Of a DNA stretch of 64,000 nt, positions 48,443-56,288 are shown piece after piece. Source of the DNA: a virus; IMG/VR virus record IMGVR_UViG_3300025436_000002, positions 32,001 to 96,000 of that record; one strand, 5' to 3'. Position numbers and translations under genes: made by a program. Below the pieces are notes generated by a model, which made no database searches, had not been told where the DNA came from, and was given only the letters and a program-made list of their open reading frames with translations. Within the stretch, counting starts at the first letter, position 1; every line of letters begins with the position of its first letter.

Positions 48443-48997
48443 GTGTTGATAATGGTAATTAAAGGATGTTCCTACTGTAATCATAACCATGTTATTGGGT
48501 ATGGCTATCAGTACTGTTGCTGTAGAACATGTGTGTGTTATAGCAACTTTGACAGTGATGGTTATAAGTTTAGTTATGTACGATCCGATAGTCAACTTAA
48601 AGATAATCATGAGCTTACAAAACCAAGAACATTTAACATATCATCAGAGCATGTTGAAGTAGTGAAACAGGAACTCTCTAAAAAAGAAGTCTTGGAAAAA
48701 AGACTTAATGACCTATCTGAGATGATAGAGAGCGTACGACTACCTGAGGGATTTTCAGGAGTCAATCCATACATTGAGTACTTTGAAAGTGAAATTAACT
48801 CCCTAAAAAATAAGATATTAGACTACTCTCAACCTAGTTTATATGGCGATGATTTCTACATAGATGATGAAGAAGAGATTAAGAGGAGCGAGATCCAAAA
48901 AGTAGATCCTAGTAGAATAGTAGCTACAAGTATAATATTAAAAGACATGGGATTTTGGGGGAGTGCTTTAGCACGTTTGAAAGGATTCTATCGATGA
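48443..48997 (+). CDS. hypothetical protein with Cys-rich N-terminus
   Basis: CSYC...CCCRTCVC; AAGGAGG RBS. Confidence 0.7.
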   Translation: MLIMVIKGCSYCNHNHVIGYGYQYCCCRTCVCYSNFDSDGYKFSYVRSDSQLKDNHELTKPRTFNISSEHVEVVKQELSKKEVLEKRLNDLSEMIESVRLPEGFSGVNPYIEYFESEINSLKNKILDYSQPSLYGDDFYIDDEEEIKRSEIQKVDPSRIVATSIILKDMGFWGSALARLKGFYR

Positions 48998-49638
48998 ACA
49001 ACCAAGAAGTGATAGACACTTTATCATATACTATTAAGATGTATGAGGATTTCGAGAACTACTCTAAGAAGTTTCAATTTACTATTGAAACATTGGAGAC
49101 TACGATTAAAGTAGAGGAAGCTGAGTTAAAGATAGTGCAGGACTCAGCAGTGTACTATAAGAAATCCCAAGATATACTCTATGAAAAAAGTATAGGAGCT
49201 TTAAAAGAATTAATAAACTCTGCTCTAAGATTTGTATTTTATGATAAGAACTATGAGATAGACATAGACTTAGAAGACAAGCGGGGGACTAAGAATTTAT
49301 CTTTTAGCGTTATAGATTTAGATAATGGAGGCTTTAAGGTTAGTTTAAGGAATGGATGTGGCAACGGAGTTCGTTCCGTAGTCTCAGTAGTCCTCAACTT
49401 ATTTGTCCTTATAAACGCTGGGAGCACTAAACTAATACTCGATGAGAAGTATTCTAATTTAAGCGTCGATTACCTTCAAAACCTATTTACATTCATAGAC
49501 AAAATTTGTATTAGTAACCAGTTTAAGATTGTACTTATAACACATGATGAAAGGTTTTTAGAGTTCGCTAACAGATCGTATCGTGTGGTTGATGGGAAGG
49601 TTGAGTTAGTTATGGGAGAGGAGGTATCTATTGAATAA
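48994..49638 (+). CDS. SbcC/Rad50-like ATPase, C-terminal half
   Basis: Signature-like GCGNG, Walker B LILDE, H-loop LITHD; start at 48994 by ATGA overlap. Confidence 0.88.
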   Translation: MNNQEVIDTLSYTIKMYEDFENYSKKFQFTIETLETTIKVEEAELKIVQDSAVYYKKSQDILYEKSIGALKELINSALRFVFYDKNYEIDIDLEDKRGTKNLSFSVIDLDNGGFKVSLRNGCGNGVRSVVSVVLNLFVLINAGSTKLILDEKYSNLSVDYLQNLFTFIDKICISNQFKIVLITHDERFLEFANRSYRVVDGKVELVMGEEVSIE

Positions 49639-49870
49639 CGTAAGGGAAAAGATGATATTGATTAAGACAATACTAGTGTCATCTACGTATGAACCTTCTA
49701 TAAGCTACTTGATAGAAGTGGTAGATACTATACTATTTGATTTAGAGGATATAGACGGCATAAGACTTTTCTGCATTGACGTAAGCTCCCTGCTACTAGA
49801 TAACCATATTCCAAAAGAACTTAGAAGAGATTTAGGTTTAATATTAGAAATTCTAGGAGACATAGAATAA
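49631..49870 (+). CDS. hypothetical protein
   Basis: GGAGG RBS, TTG start. Confidence 0.65.
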   Translation: MNNVREKMILIKTILVSSTYEPSISYLIEVVDTILFDLEDIDGIRLFCIDVSSLLLDNHIPKELRRDLGLILEILGDIE

Positions 49871-50071
49871 ATGGATGAGTTTGATAAAACAGTAGAGACT
49901 ATTAGGGAGGAGTTACGTTCCTCAAGCTCGATAACATTCTTCTGCAATGAATGCAAAATTAGATTTACTTTTGATTGGGATGAGGATCCTACAACTTCAT
50001 CAGGAGGTTGTATGGGCTGCGGGAGCTCTAATTGGGTAGTAAGAGATTGTTATGGAGACGTTGCATACTAG
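49871..50071 (+). CDS. small Zn-ribbon protein
   Basis: CNEC...CMGCGS. Confidence 0.75.
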   Translation: MDEFDKTVETIREELRSSSSITFFCNECKIRFTFDWDEDPTTSSGGCMGCGSSNWVVRDCYGDVAY

Positions 50072-50082
50072 AAAGGAATACT

Positions 50083-50970
50083 ATGACTTTTGAATCGATA
50101 GTGGTAGTCGGAGATTTACATTTAAGAACAGACCCGCCCCGTTCCAGAATAGATAATTACTTTGACACCTGTATGCATAAGATAGATATGTTAATGGAAA
50201 GACATAAATATGTTATCATACTTGGCGACTTCTTTGATAAGTCGGGCATGCCTGTTGAAGGATTGAATGAGACGATAGATAGGTTATCAAGATACTCTGG
50301 GAGACTATATTCAATCCTAGGAAACCATGATGCACACTATAGAACATTAAATCTTAATAAGACATCGTTAGGACTACTCAACAAGATAGGGATAGTTCAA
50401 CTAAAACTAGATACTTTCTCAATAGAAGGTCTATCTTTCGATGTAGCTTCAGTAGTTCCTAAGCTGGAACTGCCCGAGAAGAAATCTGAAATACTATTAG
50501 GACACTTCTTCCTAGAGAATACTAGAACTCCTCAAGAGAGTTTGGATAGAAAGGAACTACTTGACTATAAATATGTTGTGCTAGGTCATGAACACTGTCC
50601 TCATGAACCCATCCAAGCAGGGGATACTACGATCTTTAGGAACGGGTCTCTCACTAGAAAAGATGCGGACGAAGATAACCTACAAAGAAACTCTATAGTT
50701 TACTTAGAGTTTAGTTACAATGGGGACGTTTCATTAAGAGACCTTAAAATAGCTGACCCCAATCTTGTATTTACTCCTGAGTCCTTTAGCAAGCCTAAGT
50801 CAAAAATAATATGTGATTTTAGTAACTTAGAATTATTAATGCAGAATATACAAGAAGGCAAGTCTAAGAGTAACATGTCTACTAGAGAAGTATTGATAAC
50901 CATGAAAGCCAGTGAATCATGCATTTGTTATTTAGCAAAAATCCATGAAGAACTTGGATTCTACTATTGA
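50083..50970 (+). CDS. sbcD: SbcD/Mre11-like nuclease
   Basis: GDLH, LGDFFD, GNHD, GH, LGHEH, GSL; start at 50083 (AAAGGA RBS). Confidence 0.9.
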   Translation: MTFESIVVVGDLHLRTDPPRSRIDNYFDTCMHKIDMLMERHKYVIILGDFFDKSGMPVEGLNETIDRLSRYSGRLYSILGNHDAHYRTLNLNKTSLGLLNKIGIVQLKLDTFSIEGLSFDVASVVPKLELPEKKSEILLGHFFLENTRTPQESLDRKELLDYKYVVLGHEHCPHEPIQAGDTTIFRNGSLTRKDADEDNLQRNSIVYLEFSYNGDVSLRDLKIADPNLVFTPESFSKPKSKIICDFSNLELLMQNIQEGKSKSNMSTREVLITMKASESCICYLAKIHEELGFYY

Positions 50971-50995
50971 CATATTAAATAGAATATGTTATACT
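50967..50995 (+). promoter_or_regulatory. sigma70-type promoter
   Basis: TTGACA-N17-TATACT with TG extension. Confidence 0.82.
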
Positions 50996-51030
50996 TATCA
51001 GAAGATGTTAGTATTTAAAGGAGAACTCCT

Positions 51031-51321
51031 GTGGAAAAGAAGACTATAGACTTAAAAAATAAAGCTAAGAGGATTCTAAAAAGTATTAAGACTAAAGGAA
51101 TCTCATACTGCATCACTAAGGAAGTCAACCTCCTAAATGATTGTCATTACGAAGAACATATTTTCTATGTTAAAGCTAAAGATTATTTCCTAGTTCAGAG
51201 GATTGATTGGGAAAAGTTTCCGTTAGGTGGAGTCAAGGGAAGTAACCAGTTTAGTAAAGAAACCGAAGAAGACTTATTAGACTTAATAGAGATGAAGTTA
51301 GAAGATGAATTAGTTAAATAG
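51031..51321 (+). CDS. hypothetical protein
   Basis: ORF track; AAGGAG RBS. Confidence 0.75.
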   Translation: MEKKTIDLKNKAKRILKSIKTKGISYCITKEVNLLNDCHYEEHIFYVKAKDYFLVQRIDWEKFPLGGVKGSNQFSKETEEDLLDLIEMKLEDELVK

Positions 51322-51330
51322 GAGTCTTAC

Positions 51331-51702
51331 ATGTCAAACAAAGAGAGAAGGATGGATAAACTAAATCCTAAGAAGGTAGTAAAGAATAAGCCTAAAAATG
51401 AAGAGAAGGTTACAAACCACATAGTTAATTATGGAATTCAACAACATGAAGAATACGAGCTCTTCTTAGAGCTAGAGAAACGATATAAGAAAAAAGTAAC
51501 TAAGTTTGATTGGAATAGATTTAAGTTAGACGTTAAAACTTTCTTTCTAATGTGTCTCCCCTTAGGTTTATATATTTGGGTATTAAAGAATAAGACAACT
51601 ACAAGATTGACTAACTATGCGGGGATATTGGGTACAGCACCTGTGGCTTATCCAGTACATAATGGCGTAATTCTTGTTGACCTCAACAGAATGTCTGTGT
51701 AA
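51331..51702 (+). CDS. hypothetical protein
   Basis: ORF track; AGGAG RBS. Confidence 0.75.
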   Translation: MSNKERRMDKLNPKKVVKNKPKNEEKVTNHIVNYGIQQHEEYELFLELEKRYKKKVTKFDWNRFKLDVKTFFLMCLPLGLYIWVLKNKTTTRLTNYAGILGTAPVAYPVHNGVILVDLNRMSV

Positions 51703-51730
51703 TAGCCTAGTAGACTAAGGAGTCTAAGAT

Positions 51731-51976
51731 ATGAGATTAGAATTTGAAGAATTTTTTAACAAAGATATCCTAGTATTCTCCGATAAAGATAGATGTAGAT
51801 ATTGTCTGCATAGTGATAAGTGTCCATTAATCCACGCACTGGATAATTATTACATAGTTAGTACTGATGGAAAAGATATACCTACTCGAGACTTTTGTGA
51901 ACTGTACGAGCCTAATGACCTAGTAATGAAGTTGGAGAAGGATTTAACTAAAGGAAAGAAAACAAGAGAGAGATAG
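51731..51976 (+). CDS. hypothetical Cys-cluster protein
   Basis: CRYCLHSDKCPL...FCELY. Confidence 0.75.
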   Translation: MRLEFEEFFNKDILVFSDKDRCRYCLHSDKCPLIHALDNYYIVSTDGKDIPTRDFCELYEPNDLVMKLEKDLTKGKKTRER

Positions 51977-52654
51977 ATGTTAAAAAAAGTAGGACTAGTA
52001 CAAACATATACTGGAAGCGGAAAAGGAAAGTCTACATCAGCATTTGGTCTTACGTTTAGAGCAGTGGGGCATGGATGGAACATACTTGTAATCCAGTTCA
52101 TGAAAGGTGAGGACTCAGATGATAAGATGTATGGAGAACTACAAGCGTGTACCCAGTTCAAAAGAAATATAACTGTGTTACAATCTCATGAGGGGATTCC
52201 GTATAAGATTGTATTAGAAAATAATAAGTCTGGAGAAGACAGACTCCTACTTGAAAAAACTTGGGATGCTATGGAAATGGAACTAGCTAACGGTAAGGAA
52301 GTCAATGTATTTACAGGAGAGACTGAACCTTACAACATGTTAGTACTCGATGAGATATTAGGATCTTTGAACTTAGGATTGATAAGACAGAGGGTATTCT
52401 TTGACTTCATAAAGAGGATTCGTACAGAGAGACCAGACCTTGAGATAGTGATGACAGGACGTATCTGGAGTGATACTCTTTACGATAAAGTAAAAGACAT
52501 ATCCGATTTAATGTCAGATTTGAGATGTGTTAAACACTACTTTGAAAAGACATGTCCTAAGTGTAAGAGAAGCTTCGAGTTCAGGTCAAACTTCTGTCCT
52601 AACTGCGGGGGAACACTCTCCACAATTTCCTCGAGAAAGGGTGTGGAAAATTGA
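51977..52654 (+). CDS. cobO: cob(I)yrinic acid/cob(I)alamin adenosyltransferase (CobO/BtuR/CobA family) with Zn-ribbon insertion
   Basis: QTYTGSGKGKSTSAFG..FRAVGHG...IQFMKG, VLDEI, VMTGR, KHYF...RKGVE; CPKC/CPNC inserted. Confidence 0.9.
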   Translation: MLKKVGLVQTYTGSGKGKSTSAFGLTFRAVGHGWNILVIQFMKGEDSDDKMYGELQACTQFKRNITVLQSHEGIPYKIVLENNKSGEDRLLLEKTWDAMEMELANGKEVNVFTGETEPYNMLVLDEILGSLNLGLIRQRVFFDFIKRIRTERPDLEIVMTGRIWSDTLYDKVKDISDLMSDLRCVKHYFEKTCPKCKRSFEFRSNFCPNCGGTLSTISSRKGVEN

Positions 52655-52743
52655 CTAATCTTTTATATTTTAAGTAGCGAGATTTTGAGAACATACAATT
52701 ATTATTTGAGTAGTGGGATAGAACTAGTGGGAGGATATTCAAT

Positions 52744-53349
52744 ATGACAGTAGTAGTGGCATACGTAGATGAATCTAACAAGAAGATAATCATGGGTGCA
52801 GATACTTGCATAGTTTACGGTTCTATGGAATTTGAAAAAGTCTCGGATAAAATAAAAGTATTCAAGGTTACAACTTCTTCATCAGAAGGTAAGAAGAAAA
52901 GAAAACTCAAAGCCGTTAAAGAGGTTGCAGAAAAAGTAACAACTGAAGAGATGGTTTTAGGTTTCGCAGGAACGTGGGCAGTTATCCAACAGATTATGTA
53001 TAACTTAGAAGTACCTGAGTATGTAGGTCAAGATTTAGTAGGATACATGGTTAGGGATGTAGCCCCTGCTATTAAAGACTTAGCAGACTTAGGAGAGACT
53101 GAACCTCTAAGTGTTATGGTAGGGTTTAAAGGTAGACTTTTTGAAATAGATGAACAGTTTAGTGTAACTGAGAACTTTAAAAATTACTCTGCAATAGGTA
53201 GTGGAGCTAATCATGCTAAAGCATCTCTCTACGCTCAAAGAGATTCTAGCCTATCCCCAACTGAAAAAGTAACAGAGGCTCTCGAATGTGCAGCCAACTT
53301 TATAATAAATGTTAAAGCTCCTTTCACATACCATACGATATATTCATAA
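52744..53349 (+). CDS. HslV/proteasome-like N-terminal nucleophile protease
   Basis: Thr at position 2 (MTVVVA), MGAD, DK, GFAG, AIGSG. Confidence 0.85.
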   Translation: MTVVVAYVDESNKKIIMGADTCIVYGSMEFEKVSDKIKVFKVTTSSSEGKKKRKLKAVKEVAEKVTTEEMVLGFAGTWAVIQQIMYNLEVPEYVGQDLVGYMVRDVAPAIKDLADLGETEPLSVMVGFKGRLFEIDEQFSVTENFKNYSAIGSGANHAKASLYAQRDSSLSPTEKVTEALECAANFIINVKAPFTYHTIYS

Positions 53350-53396
53350 TACTCTCAGCCACTACAAATATAATTAAACTAGGAGGTATAAGTACC

Positions 53397-53700
53397 ATGT
53401 ACCAAAATTTAGGCGGAACCCTTAATTCAGTTTTTAGTTTAGGTAGAGATACCAACTCTGCTTCTTTTCGTGTTAAGGATGGTGTGCTTGAATGGAGTGA
53501 TTACACTACTGACGGCTACCTTCCCATGTCGAATATAGATGATACAACTACTGATTTGATAACTACATGGTCTAGTACTAAGGTAGAGAGTAGCTACGGT
53601 TATATTTAATATCCAGCAGAAGTTGAGTGCTAATAAGTTATCTATCGCAAGTGCAACTACTTTAGAAGAATTAGCTTTAATAGATATTGAGTTTAATTAA
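53397..53700 (+). pseudogene. deletion scar: N-terminus of a fibre-like gene joined out of frame to the C-terminus of a fibre-chaperone-like gene
   Basis: 70-aa ORF is paralogous to the N-terminus of 53720..54709; the +1 frame from about 53590 reads VATVIFNIQQKLSANKLSIASATTLEELALIDIEFN*. Confidence 0.65.
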
Positions 53701-53719
53701 AAAATACTAAGGGGATGAT

Positions 53720-54709
53720 GTGTTCAATAATAATAGTGGTACTACTAAGAATGAATTTAGTATAGGTACAGAGGTTAATAAAATATCTTTTAGGACTAAC
53801 AATGGGATCCCTGAATATAAAGGGTACAGTGATGTGGATTATATTTCATTTTCGAGTAAGTTACCGTTAGCAGGCGGTACCATGACAGGTGCTTTAACTA
53901 ACAATAATGTTAATAATATGTTCTCAAGATCAAAACAATTAGATGTACTAAATCAAATATCTACAGCTGTAGGAGGGTCATCTTATATTAAAAGAGCATT
54001 ATTTTTTGATGAAACTGGAGCAACTACAACTTTAAAAGATAGATCAGCTAATTTAGCTAATGCTACTTTATCTGCAAATGCCTCAACATTAAGTCCAAGT
54101 ATTTCAGGTGATTGTAGGTTCTTAAACATGGGAGCAACAAATACATTTGATTTTGCAGATGCTAATGATCTAAGTTTTGGTAATGGTACAACAGATAGTC
54201 CATTTAGTATAGTATCATTAATTAATCCAAATTCTGTAAGTGGTAATTTAGCAATACTTTGTAAAGAGGATGCTACTTCAGGTAGTATCCAAAGAGGGTA
54301 TCAATTTTATTTTTCAGGTGGAAGTCTTGCACTTCTATTAACATCTCAAAACATTACTGCTAACTATCTCATGAGATACCATAATGCTACTTTATCAGCA
54401 GATATTGGTACGAATCATGTATATAGTGCATTATATGGTGGTACTTCTGTTATTACAGATATGGAAATACATAGAGATGGTGTAAGAATTGATGATAGTT
54501 CTGCTACGTCTGGAACGTATGTAGCAATGTCAAATACAACTTCTAAATTAGGAAATTATGTATTAAATAGCTCAGGTGTAAAAGTAAGTCAAGGGAACTA
54601 TAAAGGCGGGGCGATATTTTTATTTAATATTAAACTATCAGCAGCACAATCAAAAGCAATCTCAAATATTTTATTATGTTATACAGGTCAGGATAACGCA
54701 TTTTTATAA
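53720..54709 (+). CDS. secondary fibre/adhesin with concanavalin A/LamG-like domain
   Basis: LPLAGGTMTGAL stalk motif; PFSIVSLINP...HVYSALY...IHRDG...LSAAQ typical of LamG. Confidence 0.75.
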   Translation: MFNNNSGTTKNEFSIGTEVNKISFRTNNGIPEYKGYSDVDYISFSSKLPLAGGTMTGALTNNNVNNMFSRSKQLDVLNQISTAVGGSSYIKRALFFDETGATTTLKDRSANLANATLSANASTLSPSISGDCRFLNMGATNTFDFADANDLSFGNGTTDSPFSIVSLINPNSVSGNLAILCKEDATSGSIQRGYQFYFSGGSLALLLTSQNITANYLMRYHNATLSADIGTNHVYSALYGGTSVITDMEIHRDGVRIDDSSATSGTYVAMSNTTSKLGNYVLNSSGVKVSQGNYKGGAIFLFNIKLSAAQSKAISNILLCYTGQDNAFL

Positions 54710-54719
54710 GGAGAAAAAT

Positions 54720-54989
54720 ATGTCTTTAAAATTAGATTATACAACCCAATCAGGAATATCCCTAACACAAGCATACCTAAAAATAAATAGTATAAGATGG
54801 GAAGATAATACAGAACTTGAAGTTAGATTTGATTTCGGCATATTCATGGACAAAGAACATATGACACCCGTTGAGTCAAATTCTTATAGTTTTATTTATG
54901 ATTTAGTATCTACTGACAATGTTTTAACTCAATGTTATAGCTATCTAAAGACATTAGAAAGATTTACAAACATATCAGATTGTATTTAG
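54720..54989 (+). CDS. small fibre-associated protein (putative chaperone)
   Basis: Follows the fibre; AYLKI...QCYSYLKTLERF. Confidence 0.6.
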   Translation: MSLKLDYTTQSGISLTQAYLKINSIRWEDNTELEVRFDFGIFMDKEHMTPVESNSYSFIYDLVSTDNVLTQCYSYLKTLERFTNISDCI

Positions 54990-55014
54990 TTTTGTAAAGA
55001 TAAGACTTCAACAC

Positions 55015-55043
55015 TTGACTTATTAATTAGAGTATGCTATAAT
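55015..55043 (+). promoter_or_regulatory. sigma70-type promoter of the tRNA cluster
   Basis: TTGACT-N17-TATAAT with TG extension. Confidence 0.85.
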
Positions 55044-55080
55044 AGAAATATACACGTAGCAATGTGTATCCTTTCTCTAT

Positions 55081-55152
55081 TCACTGGTAGCTCAACAAGA
55101 AGAGTAACCCTCAATGGTGAGGGAAGATGTGAGTTCAAATCTTGCCCAGTGT
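55081..55152 (+). ncRNA. tRNA-like RNA with aberrant anticodon loop
   Basis: CACTGG/CCAGTG acceptor, GCTC/GAGT D stem, TTCAAAT T loop; anticodon arm CCCTC-AATGGT-GAGGG has no 7-nt loop. Confidence 0.7.
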
Positions 55153-55158
55153 CTTCTT

Positions 55159-55231
55159 GCCCCTTTAGCTCAGTTGGTAGAGCAACCGCCTTGTAAGCGG
55201 TATGTCGTCAGTTCGAATCTGACAGGGGGCT
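55159..55231 (+). tRNA. tRNA-Thr(UGU)
   Basis: Full cloverleaf; ACCGC-CT TGT AA-GCGGT. Confidence 0.96.
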
Positions 55232-55277
55232 TTTTAAAACAAGCAGTTAGTTTATATTATAAGAACGGAGGAGAGGT

Positions 55278-55350
55278 ATATAGATAGTTTAACAGGATAG
55301 AATGTTCTCCATTAGCGGGAACGGTGTGGATTCGACTTCCACTCTATATA
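55278..55350 (+). ncRNA. tRNA-like RNA with UUA at the anticodon position and an extended acceptor stem
   Basis: ATATAGA/TCTATAT; TTCTC-CA TTA GC-GGGAA (A instead of U33); GTGGA-TTCGACT-TCCAC; flanks pair out to 55267/55360. Confidence 0.7.
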
Positions 55351-55367
55351 TCTTTCTTCTAATACAA

Positions 55368-55438
55368 TGCGAGATAGAGTAACGGTAACTTATGAGGTTC
55401 ATACCCTTATGCTGGCAGTTCGATTCTGCCTCTCGCAA
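55368..55438 (+). tRNA. tRNA-Met(CAU)
   Basis: Full cloverleaf; TGAGG-TT CAT AC-CCTTA. Confidence 0.9.
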
Positions 55439-55465
55439 ATACTAACATAAAATGGGGACATTATT

Positions 55466-55539
55466 GTGGCTATGGTGTAATGGTAGCACCTCAGTTTGTG
55501 GTACTGATAGTACGAGTTCAAATCTCGTTAGCCACCCCA
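55466..55539 (+). tRNA. tRNA-His(GUG)
   Basis: Full cloverleaf; TCAGT-TT GTG GT-ACTGA; C discriminator and encoded CCA. Confidence 0.94.
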
Positions 55540-55551
55540 TTTAACTAACCT

Positions 55552-55623
55552 AGGGAAGTAGCCAAGTGGTTAAGGCGGAGGACTGCAAATTCTCCATCGT
55601 GAGTTCGAGTCTCACCTTCCCTT
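55552..55623 (+). tRNA. tRNA-Cys(GCA)
   Basis: Full cloverleaf; GAGGA-CT GCA AA-TTCTC. Confidence 0.94.
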
Positions 55624-55633
55624 AATACTTTAT

Positions 55634-55704
55634 GCGTCAGAAGTGTTACGGGAGCACAAGAGCCTCCAAAGCTTTTGGACAGAGTTCAATTCTCTGCTGG
55701 CGTG
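55634..55704 (+). tRNA. tRNA-Trp(CCA)
   Basis: Full cloverleaf; AGAGC-CT CCA AA-GCTTT. Confidence 0.92.
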
Positions 55705-55714
55705 GTTATTACAT

Positions 55715-55795
55715 ATGTGATTGATGGAATGGTAGACATGCTAGTTTTAGATGCTAGTGGGGAAACCCGTAAGAGTTCAAGTCTCTTATCACATA
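55715..55795 (+). tRNA. tRNA-Leu(UAG)
   Basis: Cloverleaf with long variable arm; CTAGT-TT TAG AT-GCTAG. Confidence 0.92.
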
Positions 55796-55805
55796 TTATT
55801 TTCAT

Positions 55806-55877
55806 AGAGGTGTAGCCAAGCGGTAAGGCAACAGGTTTTGAACCTGTGTAACGGAGGTTCGATCCCTCCCACCTCTA
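55806..55877 (+). tRNA. tRNA-Gln(UUG)
   Basis: Full cloverleaf; ACAGG-TT TTG AA-CCTGT. Confidence 0.92.
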
Positions 55878-55916
55878 ATTTTTACCAGTATGTATATAAC
55901 TCAATGTACGTACTTC

Positions 55917-56011
55917 GCCCCATTAGTTTAATCAGAACAACTGTTTGATCAACAGAAGGTGGAGACAAGAGTACTCGTGTTGTACTTGGTAGTGAGATTC
56001 TCCATGGGGTG
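55917..56011 (+). ncRNA. tRNA-Ile(GAU)-like RNA with ~26-nt hairpin insertion in the T loop
   Basis: GCCCCAT/ATGGGGT acceptor; CTGT-TT GAT CA-ACAG; T stem GGAGA/TCTCC encloses 33 nt instead of 7. Confidence 0.65.
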
Positions 56012-56025
56012 GCGTTTAATAAAGT

Positions 56026-56093
56026 ATGCTTGTAGTTCAACGGTAGAACGGTCTTGTCTGAGGCTGTTGAGAGTTCAAGTCTCTCCAAGCATA
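56026..56093 (+). ncRNA. tRNA-like RNA with 4-nt anticodon loop
   Basis: ATGCTTG/CAAGCAT, GTTC/GAAC, GAGAG-TTCAAGT-CTCTC intact; anticodon arm GTCTT-GTCT-GAGGC. Confidence 0.72.
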
Positions 56094-56120
56094 CTTTACT
56101 ATCTAAGAGGGGAGGGTAAC

Positions 56121-56288
56121 ATGTGGGAATCTTTTATTAGAATAATAATTATTACAATGATACTTATGACGTTATCCATAGCTGTATTAAAAATTAGTAT
56201 TCTTTATTGGAATGTATCATATGAAACTCCTACAGCAGGCTCATTAATTCAAGTTACTAAAGGGGAAGGTAAAACATGGCAAGAGTAA
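56121..56288 (+). CDS. small membrane protein
   Basis: GAGGGGAGGG RBS; start reassigned to 56121; one TM helix. Confidence 0.7.
   Translation: MWESFIRIIIITMILMTLSIAVLKISILYWNVSYETPTAGSLIQVTKGEGKTWQE

Noticed and set aside
55917-56011. tmRNA or selenocysteine tRNA
   Set aside because: Far too short for tmRNA and has no tag reading frame; anticodon is GAT and the extra sequence is in the T loop, not the variable arm
2726-56088. All minus-strand ORFs in the ORF track
   Set aside because: Each lies antisense to a well-supported plus-strand gene or tRNA, lacks recognisable motifs, and no minus-strand promoter or operon structure was seen
55959-56120. N-terminal part of ORF 55959..56288
   Set aside because: Runs through two tRNA-like structures; the RBS-supported start is 56121
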